Both the position numbers and the translations under genes were made by a program. From contig JAZNRQ010000086.1 in NCBI GenBank assembly GCA_045590735.1, positions 1 through 52,240 on the forward strand: a stretch of DNA of 52,240 bases, given 5' to 3'. Below, piece by piece: positions 10,001-17,852 of the stretch. The stretch's first letter is position 1, and every line of letters starts with the position of its first letter. Below the pieces are notes generated by a model. That model made no database searches. It was not told where the DNA came from and saw nothing but the letters and a program-made list of their open reading frames with translations. This stretch comes from Faecousia sp. (GTDB lineage Bacteria; Bacillota; Clostridia; Oscillospirales; Oscillospiraceae).

Positions 10001-10970
10001 ACTGGAAAATATCGTATTCCTGCGCAAACTTGGCAGTAACCACTTTACCCTGATTGCTGCCGGCAGACAGTTTTGTAAAGGTGACGGTATCACCATTGAT
10101 CTCCGTCACATGGAAGTCACCGGCCAAATATGTACCGCGGATCGCCAGACCCACATCAGAGGTGCCGCTGATATAGCCTTCCTCGTCAAAGGTAAAGGCA
10201 AACTGACCGGTCAGGACTGCGGGAGAATCGATGGTGTTGACAATATTGATATCCTTACATTTCAGCTCCACCACTTCACCTTCGCAGGCAAATTCCATAG
10301 TGTATACACCGTTTTTATCCGGTACACGGGTGGTTTTACCGGCAGTAGTGTCCCACATACGCGCCACGCGCCAGTAGACCTTCATTGTCTCCGGAGCCCG
10401 CTCTGTAATAAAGATATGGGTCTTGGTGCCGTCCAGACTGGTATAGACACTGACCTTATCCAGCTGCTCCAGCTGACCGGGCTTGCCGGTTTCTGCACCT
10501 TCCAGCGTCATATCATAGATACCGACGTTTTCATCCACCGGGATCTCCATAGGCATACCGTTCATAAGACGGGAGGAATTGATATATAAGATGCCGTTTT
10601 CCAGCTTCTTGACAAAGAATTCCTTCGCCGCCTCGGTGGCGATCTGCTTTACATCCAGCGCATCGATAATATAGCCGTTTTCGTCAAATACAAGACCCAT
10701 AACCGTTAAAGAGTCAATGTAGTTAACCAGCTGCTTATCGGTACACAGCAGTTCCTTCTGCTCGCCGTTTACCACAAAGGTGATGTGGTAATATCCGTCT
10801 TCTCCCGGCTCACGGGAAGAAAGACCGGCTATCTCGGAATTTTCCGCATAGTACGCGCCGTCTAAATTCCAATACAGCTCAGACTGTACGGTCTCTTCGC
10901 TGCTGTCTCCCGGCAGTGCAGGGATCAGAAAACCGAAGATGCCCACGACTACCACAGCCGCCACTACCAC
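4080..10970 (-). CDS. Giant membrane-anchored repeat surface protein (4 x ~170-aa N-terminal repeats, 5 x CxxC/Gly-rich beta-helix-like repeats); apparent native start at 11036 is interrupted by TAA at codon 3
   Basis: 2296 open codons; hydrophobic N-terminal segment; repeats visible in translation; many GGNI / GGTI motifs. Confidence 0.85.
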   Translation of the reverse strand: MVVAAVVVVGIFGFLIPALPGDSSEETVQSELYWNLDGAYYAENSEIAGLSSREPGEDGYYHITFVVNGEQKELLCTDKQLVNYIDSLTVMGLVFDENGYIIDALDVKQIATEAAKEFFVKKLENGILYINSSRLMNGMPMEIPVDENVGIYDMTLEGAETGKPGQLEQLDKVSVYTSLDGTKTHIFITERAPETMKVYWRVARMWDTTAGKTTRVPDKNGVYTMEFACEGEVVELKCKDINIVNTIDSPAVLTGQFAFTFDEEGYISGTSDVGLAIRGTYLAGDFHVTEINGDTVTFTKLSAGSNQGKVVTAKFAQEYDIFQCCQFACYEHNCGERVESLQYGDRVNVYANLDGEIKLVFVTRRIADSPMYYNWDRQYGGNMEVGTLRQKQGGYYVFEMLCEGKIKRVKVKDKKMADYMDSIYNRCMGLKLEGDVVKAVYDAVCVYGGANLGTESYVTSKVGSVVVLASAYSDSTWNSVLSPDCEVYDVRTGEYGKTVGGKLELMEGDQVTAFRDINEQIRIVFVMSRPISGGKVYYNLQRKYNTAEKTTTREPDEEGYYTYLFASEGKQVTAKTKSKGMASFIDEQLAPLVGLKINKSGIITNAYSVTTVLKQSAKSCNYRYVENVTKSTFRTFYYPAETPDKKKVDETVWQIAKNCVIYNVSTAVAEFRGEKTTLKNGDYIQAIRDLKTNQITQIWVMNRNPAYGVKNYDAYCDHCKKTVTWEPYIGKVAAEDKHYFLFTDMFTPQAIIGKQDDDKCYDVVLDLKGSTLNGDGRCFLVYDKLTIMDTKGGGKLMGTNPSSSGTKMSGGCIMVGNGGKLDILGGTLGLGERSTEFGTLAGTIYVGGAGAEVNMYGGTLLGGKTTQNGGNVGIYGGTFVLHSGEIKGGESPLGANIYASSGTIKILGGTIDGGIEMNAKTNFEMTGAPVITGTGLILPAGIKLDLTKLDTKADITVSTTGIFTEAYENIASYQPIFKTASAEDQIVVKNNALCYLSSKPSDFVLDTDNDGMAVCPVCNVEVAWTAADGRLGTSLSGHYYLKKDITDNTSQWATTTAKDAVLCIHMNGKNLTTAGRIAVVGSGGTINIMGDGTITGRGSYTGTDADAYTKATLVATSTGSINLYDNVKVTSTAVGKPVVSVRTGFTLNGNATVEATATDALAIHMERGTASLNGGKVIGGVLADTGTLTLDGAAQVDILGIAANAKLKVLKSFTGEGNVLFENPLVDNVVPAANGESTGAFTGKLYLFMEDDALLRGEGGRLCTGDAVVTPPEPNFELDPDGDNMAVCPVCGGAEVEWTPVEAGQSIGAGKSGHYYLLADSTNTSAQYATTTAQNHKICLHMNGKNLTTAGRIAIVGSGGNINIMGKGNLTSTGLGQYSGATLVANSTGAISLYDDVTVTISNAEMPVISIGVSTGSVNLYGNAKVKAYNGGVGIDATKGKVSLNDAASAENIAIAAVSKLTVNGNWTGTANVTFANPLVEGVVPAANGTSTGAFTGTLTMGEDQLIGKDGGLVLVAQDEPQGELVLDSLNQAECPVCKKKVTWTPVTASLGDTVTDGGHYYLTGDYNNPYQFMTVTAGKTVCFHNNGYTLTYPSRIFVTGATLNMMGSGSVIGKSTTADPNLGAVVAAWADGYVNLYGGTYSTDTDAPALKLHGDSKVRVNVYEGVVIESADIHKGTLTLYGNCEIGTLNVQSTGKLVIDSTWTGNAKATFGAALVEGVVPTANGASTGAFTGTLTMGTDKLIGQDGKLMVSNVNPQIAKGNAVAAAAAAMDFTGYQTGTAVQCPVCQKDVTWEPINGMGKVVADGGHYYVNKDISGDGIFLTVSGKNVCVHLNGKTLSYGARIFATSASAATPGVLNLMGNGTVSSSNSHADYGTGTIHAAGSGIINLYGGTYKSTGANTKATVHTTGGTVNIYSGATIDSNTGTNVLMEKGTVNLYGGTVKNGTGYQSGSNRLGGNVYLKSSGSVFNIVAGTITGGTATYGGNIRGEAGTTITMDGGLIGGTPEEGKVIGNATGGGGNVNINGTFTMNAGTVSGGVTTGQGGNIWSKAGTVTIGKDATVTQGTAKEGGNICITSDGTKVGTLNISGTVTDGRTQGTEAHGGNISGGSNTVINITDGVISGGNAAGQGGNIRTYNGTINMTGGMIFGGTAAGASNHNVWIAGSTGVMNFTGGTVKGVDGTNAAGTAIYVGTDSTLYLGGTANAVRDDGISKGNIHTYNGKFYVLNDWTGTASIKFVASYASGATVAAASGQCGALAGTTFTPGGSYTGTLMNENGDAVKILGVEGALVLAAATE

Positions 10971-11241
10971 AAGGGCAATCGCAGCCAGAAGCAGCCACAG
11001 CCAAAGCTTACTCTTCTTTCCACTTTCTTACTTCATATTTTTGACCTACCTTTCTTTCAATAGGTTGATTTACAAAATAAAAGCATCCGATCCGGTGTCT
11101 CATTTTTACGGATCCCGATACCTATGCATAATAATACTAACAGATTTACGCAATATGTATAAGACAGGAGTTGCGCACATTCTGGACAAATATTGCTTTT
11201 CTATATTTGAAAATCGATAATTAACAGACATTTCCAAAACA

Positions 11242-11270
11242 TTGACTCCAAAAGAAAACTGGTGTATAAT
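11242..11270 (+). promoter_or_regulatory. sigma70-type promoter
   Basis: TTGACT-17 bp-TATAAT, 30 bp upstream of ATG 11301. Confidence 0.8.
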
Positions 11271-11300
11271 GAAAAGCATCTTAGCCGAGAGGATGTTTTT

Positions 11301-13430
11301 ATGGCACAGCTTCCGTCAGGTGTTTATGCGGTCTGTCAAAGCTTCGCTGAAGCCGGTGATACCATCACTTTTTCTTTTCAGGGAACATCATATATCGCCC
11401 AGCCGGGTCAAAACGCTTTTTGCTACCTGGAGGATCTGGAAACTGCGGTGCTGGAACCGGTAACGCAGCCTTTTTGCGGTTACCGGGATATGCCGGTGGT
11501 CATTATGCCTGCCGGTCTTTACAAGGCAGGTACGCTAAAGCCTTCCCGTTTTCATACATATCTGCCCTGTGAAATGGCGATTCTGGGTGAAAATGCAGGA
11601 ATCCGCCCCAACAGTGCCGATATTCGTACCGCTGCCCCCCGACGGGAAGAAACGGTGATCCGGGGTTCTTTCTATTTCGGCTGCATTGCTCTGAAAAACG
11701 GTGTGGAAGGCACCCTTACTCTGGACGGTCTGACCTTTGAAAGCTGCAAGATCTTCGACGAGCGGACAGAAGCTGCCGACGCCGGACTAACGCTGCGCAA
11801 CTGCCGGTTCACCGGTGCGCTATACTACGATTTGATCCGGGCATTTCCAATGGTTTCCGGTCACCGGCTTACCCGTTTGGAGGATTGCCGCGCTGATGGT
11901 CTCGGTGCCTGCTTTGGAGAAGGCAGGCTGCTGAACATCGGTTCCGGCAGCGCCCTGGTACAGGGGCTTTACTTTGGCAACACCGATAAGTTCCTCGGTC
12001 TTACCAACTACAGCCGCAGCGACAGCAGCCAAATTACCGAGCTTTCGCTCAAGGATTGCCTGTTTGAAAACTGCAGCAGTGTTCACGGCATCAGCATTGT
12101 GCTTCCGGAAGAATGCGAAGCAACCGTTATGCTGCAAAACTGCCATTTTATGAATTTTGCACCCCAGGATGACCCGGCACTATGGGTACAGATGTCCCCA
12201 AGCAGCCGTTTGCAGATGACAGGCTGCAGCTTTAACGGTTCTCACGATGCACCGGCAGTGGAAATTGCCGGCAATGCAGAAAATGTGAATTTTACAGATT
12301 GCAGCCAAGCCGGTTATTTACAGCTTTTCTCCCCTGCAAAACCCCGGCGGACCGTTGTGGATCCTAAGGCTTCTTATCCACTGGACGACCCCCACCAGCC
12401 GATAGCGGAATCCCTTGCGCCCCTGGATATGGTATATAAAAACCGGAAGGTCTTTTACTGTGATTTTCACTGTCACAGCAATTCCGGCGGCACCAGCGAC
12501 GGAAAAACACCCATTGAGGAATATGTTGTGGGAATGGACCGGCTGGGTGTGGATTGCGCTGCCATTGTGGACCACCGGCAGATGCGCCACTTTTTCCTAC
12601 CCTGCTGGGACGAAAAGAAAATGATCTGCGGCACAGAGCCCAGCACCCGGATCGCAGACCGTCCCTCCAGTATGGACTACACGATGATCTTCCCGGACAA
12701 AACCGGTCTGGCGCAAGTAATGGATGCCTTCCCGGAATACGCATACACCGGTGGCATTGACGGAAACTACAAGTATGCTCGCTTTACCTATGAACGGTTC
12801 CGAGAACTGGGAGAATTTATTTACCGCATCGGTGGACTTTTGTCCTACGCACACCCGATGCAGCTGCCCGGTTCCGGCGATCCTTCTGATTACTATTTCA
12901 GTGAACATATTGCATTAGAAACAGTTCATGGAGATGTAAACGCCTTTGCCACCCGGCAAAATCACATTCTATGGACAGGACTGCTGCAACAGGGAAAGAG
13001 GGTACGGACCCACGGCTCCAGCGACAGCCACGGACCGGTATCCAATCGGGGCCTGACCACCGTCTATGCGGAAAGTCACGATTCTGTCGCCATCTTCCGG
13101 CAGATTCGCAGCGGCAACTGTACCGCCGGCGGTGTAGGTATCCGGATGTGCATCGACAGCTGTCCTATGGGCAGCAGCCTTCCCTATCGGGAGGGACAGC
13201 GGCTTTACCTCCAGGTGGCAGATTTCCACTTTGCTCACCATAAACCGGACACGGTTTATGCACTGAAGGTCTATACCGATACAGGGCTTGCCTATGCGCA
13301 GGAGCTTAACGGCAAAGACCCCATCGCCTTGGTTCTGCCGGTAAAAAAGCGGAGCTTCTACCGGTGCGAGGTATGGAACGAAAGCGACCATTTGCCGGTG
13401 GGTTTTTCCAATCCTATTTGGCTGGACTAA
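11301..13430 (+). CDS. Right-handed beta-helix domain fused to a PHP-type (CehA/McbA-like) metallohydrolase
   Basis: N-terminal half has periodic LxNCxF/LKDCLFEN repeats; C-terminal half has DFHCHS, SDG, VDH, AHP and SSDSH metal motifs and an SNPIW end. Confidence 0.75.
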   Translation: MAQLPSGVYAVCQSFAEAGDTITFSFQGTSYIAQPGQNAFCYLEDLETAVLEPVTQPFCGYRDMPVVIMPAGLYKAGTLKPSRFHTYLPCEMAILGENAGIRPNSADIRTAAPRREETVIRGSFYFGCIALKNGVEGTLTLDGLTFESCKIFDERTEAADAGLTLRNCRFTGALYYDLIRAFPMVSGHRLTRLEDCRADGLGACFGEGRLLNIGSGSALVQGLYFGNTDKFLGLTNYSRSDSSQITELSLKDCLFENCSSVHGISIVLPEECEATVMLQNCHFMNFAPQDDPALWVQMSPSSRLQMTGCSFNGSHDAPAVEIAGNAENVNFTDCSQAGYLQLFSPAKPRRTVVDPKASYPLDDPHQPIAESLAPLDMVYKNRKVFYCDFHCHSNSGGTSDGKTPIEEYVVGMDRLGVDCAAIVDHRQMRHFFLPCWDEKKMICGTEPSTRIADRPSSMDYTMIFPDKTGLAQVMDAFPEYAYTGGIDGNYKYARFTYERFRELGEFIYRIGGLLSYAHPMQLPGSGDPSDYYFSEHIALETVHGDVNAFATRQNHILWTGLLQQGKRVRTHGSSDSHGPVSNRGLTTVYAESHDSVAIFRQIRSGNCTAGGVGIRMCIDSCPMGSSLPYREGQRLYLQVADFHFAHHKPDTVYALKVYTDTGLAYAQELNGKDPIALVLPVKKRSFYRCEVWNESDHLPVGFSNPIWLD

Positions 13431-13446
13431 TTTCGCCTACACTATC

Positions 13447-13475
13447 ATTTTATCTGTATTTTTCGATACCGTCAA
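13447..13475 (-). promoter_or_regulatory. Orphan sigma70-like promoter pointing antisense into the PHP gene
   Basis: Minus strand TTGACG-17 bp-TAAAAT. Confidence 0.45.
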
Positions 13476-13510
13476 TGACAATATATTTTTCAAAATATAG
13501 GAATATTGAC

Positions 13511-13547
13511 AAAAGGAGCGATTGCGCAAAACGTGCAATCGCTCCTT
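13511..13547 (-). terminator. Intrinsic terminator of the glycoside hydrolase gene
   Basis: Stem AAGGAGCGATTGC/GCAATCGCTCCTT with T-run on the minus strand directly after stop 13551. Confidence 0.8.
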
Positions 13548-13550
13548 ACA

Positions 13551-16500
13551 TTATTCGTACTGTGCAATGACAGGGGAAGACAAAATACCAAGAGGCTTCA
13601 ACCGATAAGATTCTGTCCACTTTTCGTTTACAGATCGCCAGGCATTCGGTCCGATCCAAAGATCCTTCGCATCTGCCAGGTGCACCGGTCCAAAGGTATT
13701 GTTCCTGTGACCCAAAAGCTTCAGCTCCAGCGTATGCTCCCCTGCCGGCACATTGTGGAAGCACAGCTTATAGGGAGAATAGACTATATAACCTTTCTGT
13801 CCTGCCAATGTTGCGGTGATGGCCGCACCGGCATAATGGGGTACCTGCACCTCCACGGTGCCGCCCCCGGTCTTTACCGGGATCCGGTAGGTCACATTGC
13901 CGCCATAGTGGACAAGACCCTGCCGGGTAATATCATCAAAGCCCAGCTTTTCCTCCCGGAGGATCAGGCTGCGGTGCTCACCCTGCAGCTTGACACCAAA
14001 ATCGCCCAACAGGAAGTACCACTCCACATTGGTCCGCTTGCCAAAGGGCAGCGTTACCTCAAGGATATTATCTCCCTGCTTCAGATCTCCCAGCAGCAGG
14101 GTCGAAATCGATTTATCCACATACCAGCCCTCAGGCTTTGCGCTTACCGGCTGTCCGTTCAGCCAAATCCTCGAAAGTTCTCCGTCCTCCAGTGCCAGCC
14201 GGATGCCGGACAGGTGGCAGGCGCAATGTACAGTAAACCGCAGACGCACCTGATGCACTGTCTTTTCCTCCGGGATCACCCAAGGCTGTGCCATAGAGCT
14301 TTGTCGGGTATGCCAACCCAGTTCCTTCCGCAGCGCATCGTCTGCCCGGAACAGTTCCGTCTCCGGACGGTAGGGCTCTTCATCCAGGGCATACTCCGCC
14401 TTGTCCAGCAACAGCACATTGGGTTCGTCCAGCCGGTACTCCACCAACTGGGGAACGGGCAAATTGTGCTTGTTCACGGTCTTGACTTCGACGGGATACC
14501 GCACCGGCGCTGCCGTGGGGATATAGCGCAAAAGCAGGCTCTCCACATCGTAAAGGGTGACGCTCAAAACCGTCTTTCCGCCCACATATTCTGCCCCAAG
14601 AGGTGCACTTTCACCGGTTTGGGTATCGAATTTCTCCACCTGATAACAGCCATTTAATGCGATCCGGAGCTTTTGTCCCACCGGCACATCCCGCAGGTAA
14701 GGCTGCTTACTGTGGGCAGCAAAGAGCCAAAGGCTGTCCCCGTCCTTTCGCAGCTGATGTACCAGGTTATCCGCACGGGTGCCGTTTGCATTACGGAATT
14801 CCACCATACGCACCGGCTCCAACACCCGGAGGATCTCCGCCTTGGAAAATGCCACCCGGGTTGCTGCTGCACAGAGCTTTTCGCCCCGGTCTGAGGGTAC
14901 TGCATCCTCATATTTCGGCGCGTCCCCCATAAAGATCAGCTTGCCGCCTGCTTTTTGGAAGGCCTCCAGCCGCTCCAGCGTGGTAGCGCGAAGGGTCTCA
15001 CAGCCGGGAACCACAATAGCATCGTATGCCATCTGTCCCACCTGCAAAGGCGCACCGCCCTCTTTGCAAAGTACCGGCAGCTGGGATTCGCAGATAAAGT
15101 CAAAATCCACTGCACCCTGCAGCAGCCAGGCAGTAATATCCTGATAGTTCTGCTCCAGCTGCTCCTGAATCTCGTTTGTCTGATCCTTCGGACCGAAATG
15201 GAGCCAAAAGCTTTCAATAGGGTGGATCACACCGACCCGCACCTGGGGGACGCCCCGGCTCATTGCGGTGGCCACACGGGCAAAATGATCCTCCACATAA
15301 CGATAGTCCTGCCACCAGGGAGACTGATAGCTGATGGGTGCCGGGTAGTCCCGCTTGGATTCACCCTTCATCGTCACCCAGCTCAGGTGGGGCACACGAA
15401 CGGTCACACCCAAAGCCGCCAGCCAGTCACCGTGGAATTTATGGTCCCGGAAGTCTACCTCCCAGCCCATAACCGCATACAGCTCGCACAAGACACCTTC
15501 TCGTCCGTACTGATGGGCAGAGGATTGAACCTGCTTTGCGGTGGTCAGCTCGATCCGGTGATTCAGCATATCGATACCCGGCAGCTGGAAGCTGCGGTAG
15601 GAACGCATTGCCTCACCAATGGCACGGGTCTGCCCCCGCAGCGTCCCCTCCAGCATCAGGTGTCCGGTAGATTTCAGATTGTGGTTTTCGCACCAATCCC
15701 CAAGGGTATCCGCAAAGGCAGACGCAAACCGCTCCGTCACGTGATCGTGATACCGGTAACGAACGGGAGAGACCTGTCCGCCGGGCAGCTCCCACAAAAG
15801 ATGGGGCAGATACTCCATAATATCCTCACCGTAGGCCGCCTTGTAGGTTTCGGGAAAGTCCGTGGTCCAGGTCATCAGCGCATCGGTACACTCCGACGCA
15901 AAGTCCAGACTCTTTTTGTGGCTGTGTTGGGGTTCGTCGGTGAAAATCGCCGGGATCACACCGTCAAAATCCTTTCCAACGGTTTCCAAATACCGTTCGT
16001 GGGTGACCTCCACAAATTTCTCCATGGCCGCTTTGCTGAGCACATCCACATAGGCCGTATAGTTAAACCAAGGGGTGTCCGGTGCGGTTTCCAGATAGAC
16101 ATACCATTTGGTGCCCTCGGCAGCTGCTTCCGGGTCGATCCGCTTGCCGCTGAGGAGACACCCCTGATCATCCAGCACCACATCATAGCAGGCAAGTAAG
16201 TAGCCGTTGTGGGTTCTTTCCACTGCACTTTGCCGGATATAGGTCATTTCCGGCTTGGCATCCGGTGCGTAAGGTGTGGTGGTAAACAGCAGGTGCTTTG
16301 CCCGGTGCTCCGGATGCTCCCGGGTGACCATACCACCGGCAGCACCGGAGGGCCAGCGATCCTCATCATAGAGCCAAGCCAGCATTTTTTCTTCCCGGCA
16401 CTTTTCCACGCAGGCCTTGACCCTTGCCATAAAATCGTCACTGAGATAGGGCATCGTAAGTCCGGTACGCACGTGCATGTGGGCACCGCCCATACCCATT

Positions 16501-16646
16501 TTCTTCAGCATTTCCAGCTGCCACAGAAGCTCGTCCTCCGGCAGATCGCAGTTCCAGCTCCAGAAGGGCGCACCTCTGTATTCACTGGTGGGATCGCGAA
16601 ACAGCTCTTTGGAAAGCTCCGGTGTTGTATTTTGCGGATACAGCAT
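13551..16646 (-). CDS. Large glycoside hydrolase, GH106 (alpha-L-rhamnosidase)-like
   Basis: PFWSWN, WLYDEDRWPSGAAGG, FTDEP and PGIDML motifs; AAGGAG RBS before MLYPQ; no signal peptide. Confidence 0.75.
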   Translation of the reverse strand: MLYPQNTTPELSKELFRDPTSEYRGAPFWSWNCDLPEDELLWQLEMLKKMGMGGAHMHVRTGLTMPYLSDDFMARVKACVEKCREEKMLAWLYDEDRWPSGAAGGMVTREHPEHRAKHLLFTTTPYAPDAKPEMTYIRQSAVERTHNGYLLACYDVVLDDQGCLLSGKRIDPEAAAEGTKWYVYLETAPDTPWFNYTAYVDVLSKAAMEKFVEVTHERYLETVGKDFDGVIPAIFTDEPQHSHKKSLDFASECTDALMTWTTDFPETYKAAYGEDIMEYLPHLLWELPGGQVSPVRYRYHDHVTERFASAFADTLGDWCENHNLKSTGHLMLEGTLRGQTRAIGEAMRSYRSFQLPGIDMLNHRIELTTAKQVQSSAHQYGREGVLCELYAVMGWEVDFRDHKFHGDWLAALGVTVRVPHLSWVTMKGESKRDYPAPISYQSPWWQDYRYVEDHFARVATAMSRGVPQVRVGVIHPIESFWLHFGPKDQTNEIQEQLEQNYQDITAWLLQGAVDFDFICESQLPVLCKEGGAPLQVGQMAYDAIVVPGCETLRATTLERLEAFQKAGGKLIFMGDAPKYEDAVPSDRGEKLCAAATRVAFSKAEILRVLEPVRMVEFRNANGTRADNLVHQLRKDGDSLWLFAAHSKQPYLRDVPVGQKLRIALNGCYQVEKFDTQTGESAPLGAEYVGGKTVLSVTLYDVESLLLRYIPTAAPVRYPVEVKTVNKHNLPVPQLVEYRLDEPNVLLLDKAEYALDEEPYRPETELFRADDALRKELGWHTRQSSMAQPWVIPEEKTVHQVRLRFTVHCACHLSGIRLALEDGELSRIWLNGQPVSAKPEGWYVDKSISTLLLGDLKQGDNILEVTLPFGKRTNVEWYFLLGDFGVKLQGEHRSLILREEKLGFDDITRQGLVHYGGNVTYRIPVKTGGGTVEVQVPHYAGAAITATLAGQKGYIVYSPYKLCFHNVPAGEHTLELKLLGHRNNTFGPVHLADAKDLWIGPNAWRSVNEKWTESYRLKPLGILSSPVIAQYE

Positions 16647-16752
16647 ACGATCATCTCCTTTTCCTTGCTTGACTTTATGGTAACACATTCTATATAATAA
16701 AAAAACACCCTTGTTTAAGAATTACCCTCACTTTAGGCGGTGATTTTAAGAT

Positions 16753-17601
16753 ATGCGATCCACAAGCCAACTCTATAGCGACCAGATCGGTGACGGACAA
16801 ATCCGGATGATGCGGGTCTACAGCCACAACGGTCCTCCCCACCGACACAGCTTCTTTGAACTGGTATATGTGCTGCGGGGCAGTGCCACCCACCATTTGG
16901 GAGATGAAACGATGCGGATCTCCGCCGGAGATTACTTTATTATCGATACCGGTACCACCCACTTTTACCGGGACGCCGATCAGTTTCAAATTATGAATTG
17001 CCTGTTTTTACCGGCATATTTGGACCGTGCTTTGGCAGACTGCCCCTCCCTTGCATCGCTGCTTTCCAACCAGGTAATGCATTTCGGTGTTCCGATGGAT
17101 ATTCGGGCAGCAGACCGGACCTTCCACGACGGGGACAGCTCCGTCAAGCAGCTGATGCTCCGGATGGAGCAGGAATATGAAGCAAAAAGCACCGGTTATA
17201 TGGAGCTTTTGCGGTGCTATCTGACCCAAATACTGGTGCATACGGTACGGGCCTGGCAGGAAGCAGAGCGTGCCCGCGTCCCCCACCCTGCAGTCACCGC
17301 AGTGACGACCCATTTGCAAAACCACATAGATGCTCCGCTTTCACTGGAACTTCTGGGCGCAAAAAACGGCTATACGCCCCAGTATCTCAGCACCTTATTT
17401 CGCAAAGACACCGGTATGTCCATCCGGGAGTTTCAGCAGCGGCTGCGCATTGAGGAGGCCTGCCGGCTGTTGACTGACGGAAAAATGCGGATCCCGGACA
17501 TTGCCGCCACGGTAGGTTACAGCGATGCCAAACATTTTTCCCGGATCTTCCGGCGGTATAAAGGTGTATCCCCTCAGCTATACCGCAAGAACGCCTTTTA
17601 A
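16753..17601 (+). CDS. AraC family transcriptional regulator with cupin sensor
   Basis: HRHSFFELVYV cupin motif; C-terminal IAATVGYSDAKHFSRIFRR HTH; divergent from the GH gene. Confidence 0.92.
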   Translation: MRSTSQLYSDQIGDGQIRMMRVYSHNGPPHRHSFFELVYVLRGSATHHLGDETMRISAGDYFIIDTGTTHFYRDADQFQIMNCLFLPAYLDRALADCPSLASLLSNQVMHFGVPMDIRAADRTFHDGDSSVKQLMLRMEQEYEAKSTGYMELLRCYLTQILVHTVRAWQEAERARVPHPAVTAVTTHLQNHIDAPLSLELLGAKNGYTPQYLSTLFRKDTGMSIREFQQRLRIEEACRLLTDGKMRIPDIAATVGYSDAKHFSRIFRRYKGVSPQLYRKNAF

Positions 17602-17641
17602 CGGTGCGCCACCATTGACAATGGATGCTCGTTACATCCTC

Positions 17642-17796
17642 AAATTCCAATTTATTGAGCTGTTCAAACTCGCACAACCCAATTGTCATTGCGAGCCAGT
17701 TCGCAAACTGGCGTGGCAATCTCAAGGAGAATACGGATTCTTCGCTTTCGCTCAGAATGACAAGGTGTATCGAAACAGCTCAATAAATTGGCATTT
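17642..17796. repeat. REPIN/MITE-like element, copy C
   Basis: Left ~80 bp nearly identical to copy A; the right part carries a different hairpin (GGATTCTTCGCTTTCGCTCAGAATGAC) and outer IR GCTCAATAAATTGGCATTT. Confidence 0.9.
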
Positions 17797-17800
17797 GCGC

Positions 17801-17844
17801 AAAACACCGGATACCGACAGTTTTAAGTCGGCATCCGGTGTTTT
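17801..17844. terminator. Bidirectional terminator ending the polysaccharide operon
   Basis: AAAACACCGGAT.CCGAC ... GTCGG.ATCCGGTGTTTT between convergent genes. Confidence 0.85.
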
Positions 17845-17852
17845 ATATTCTT

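Noticed and set aside
5250-10589. 1779-aa plus-strand ORF
   Set aside because: Antisense shadow of the giant gene; no RBS or recognisable motifs; explained by codon bias of the real gene.
13506-16697. Several long plus-strand ORFs opposite the GH gene (and similar ones opposite most operon genes and uxaC)
   Set aside because: Shadow ORFs fully overlapping well-supported genes, with no motifs.
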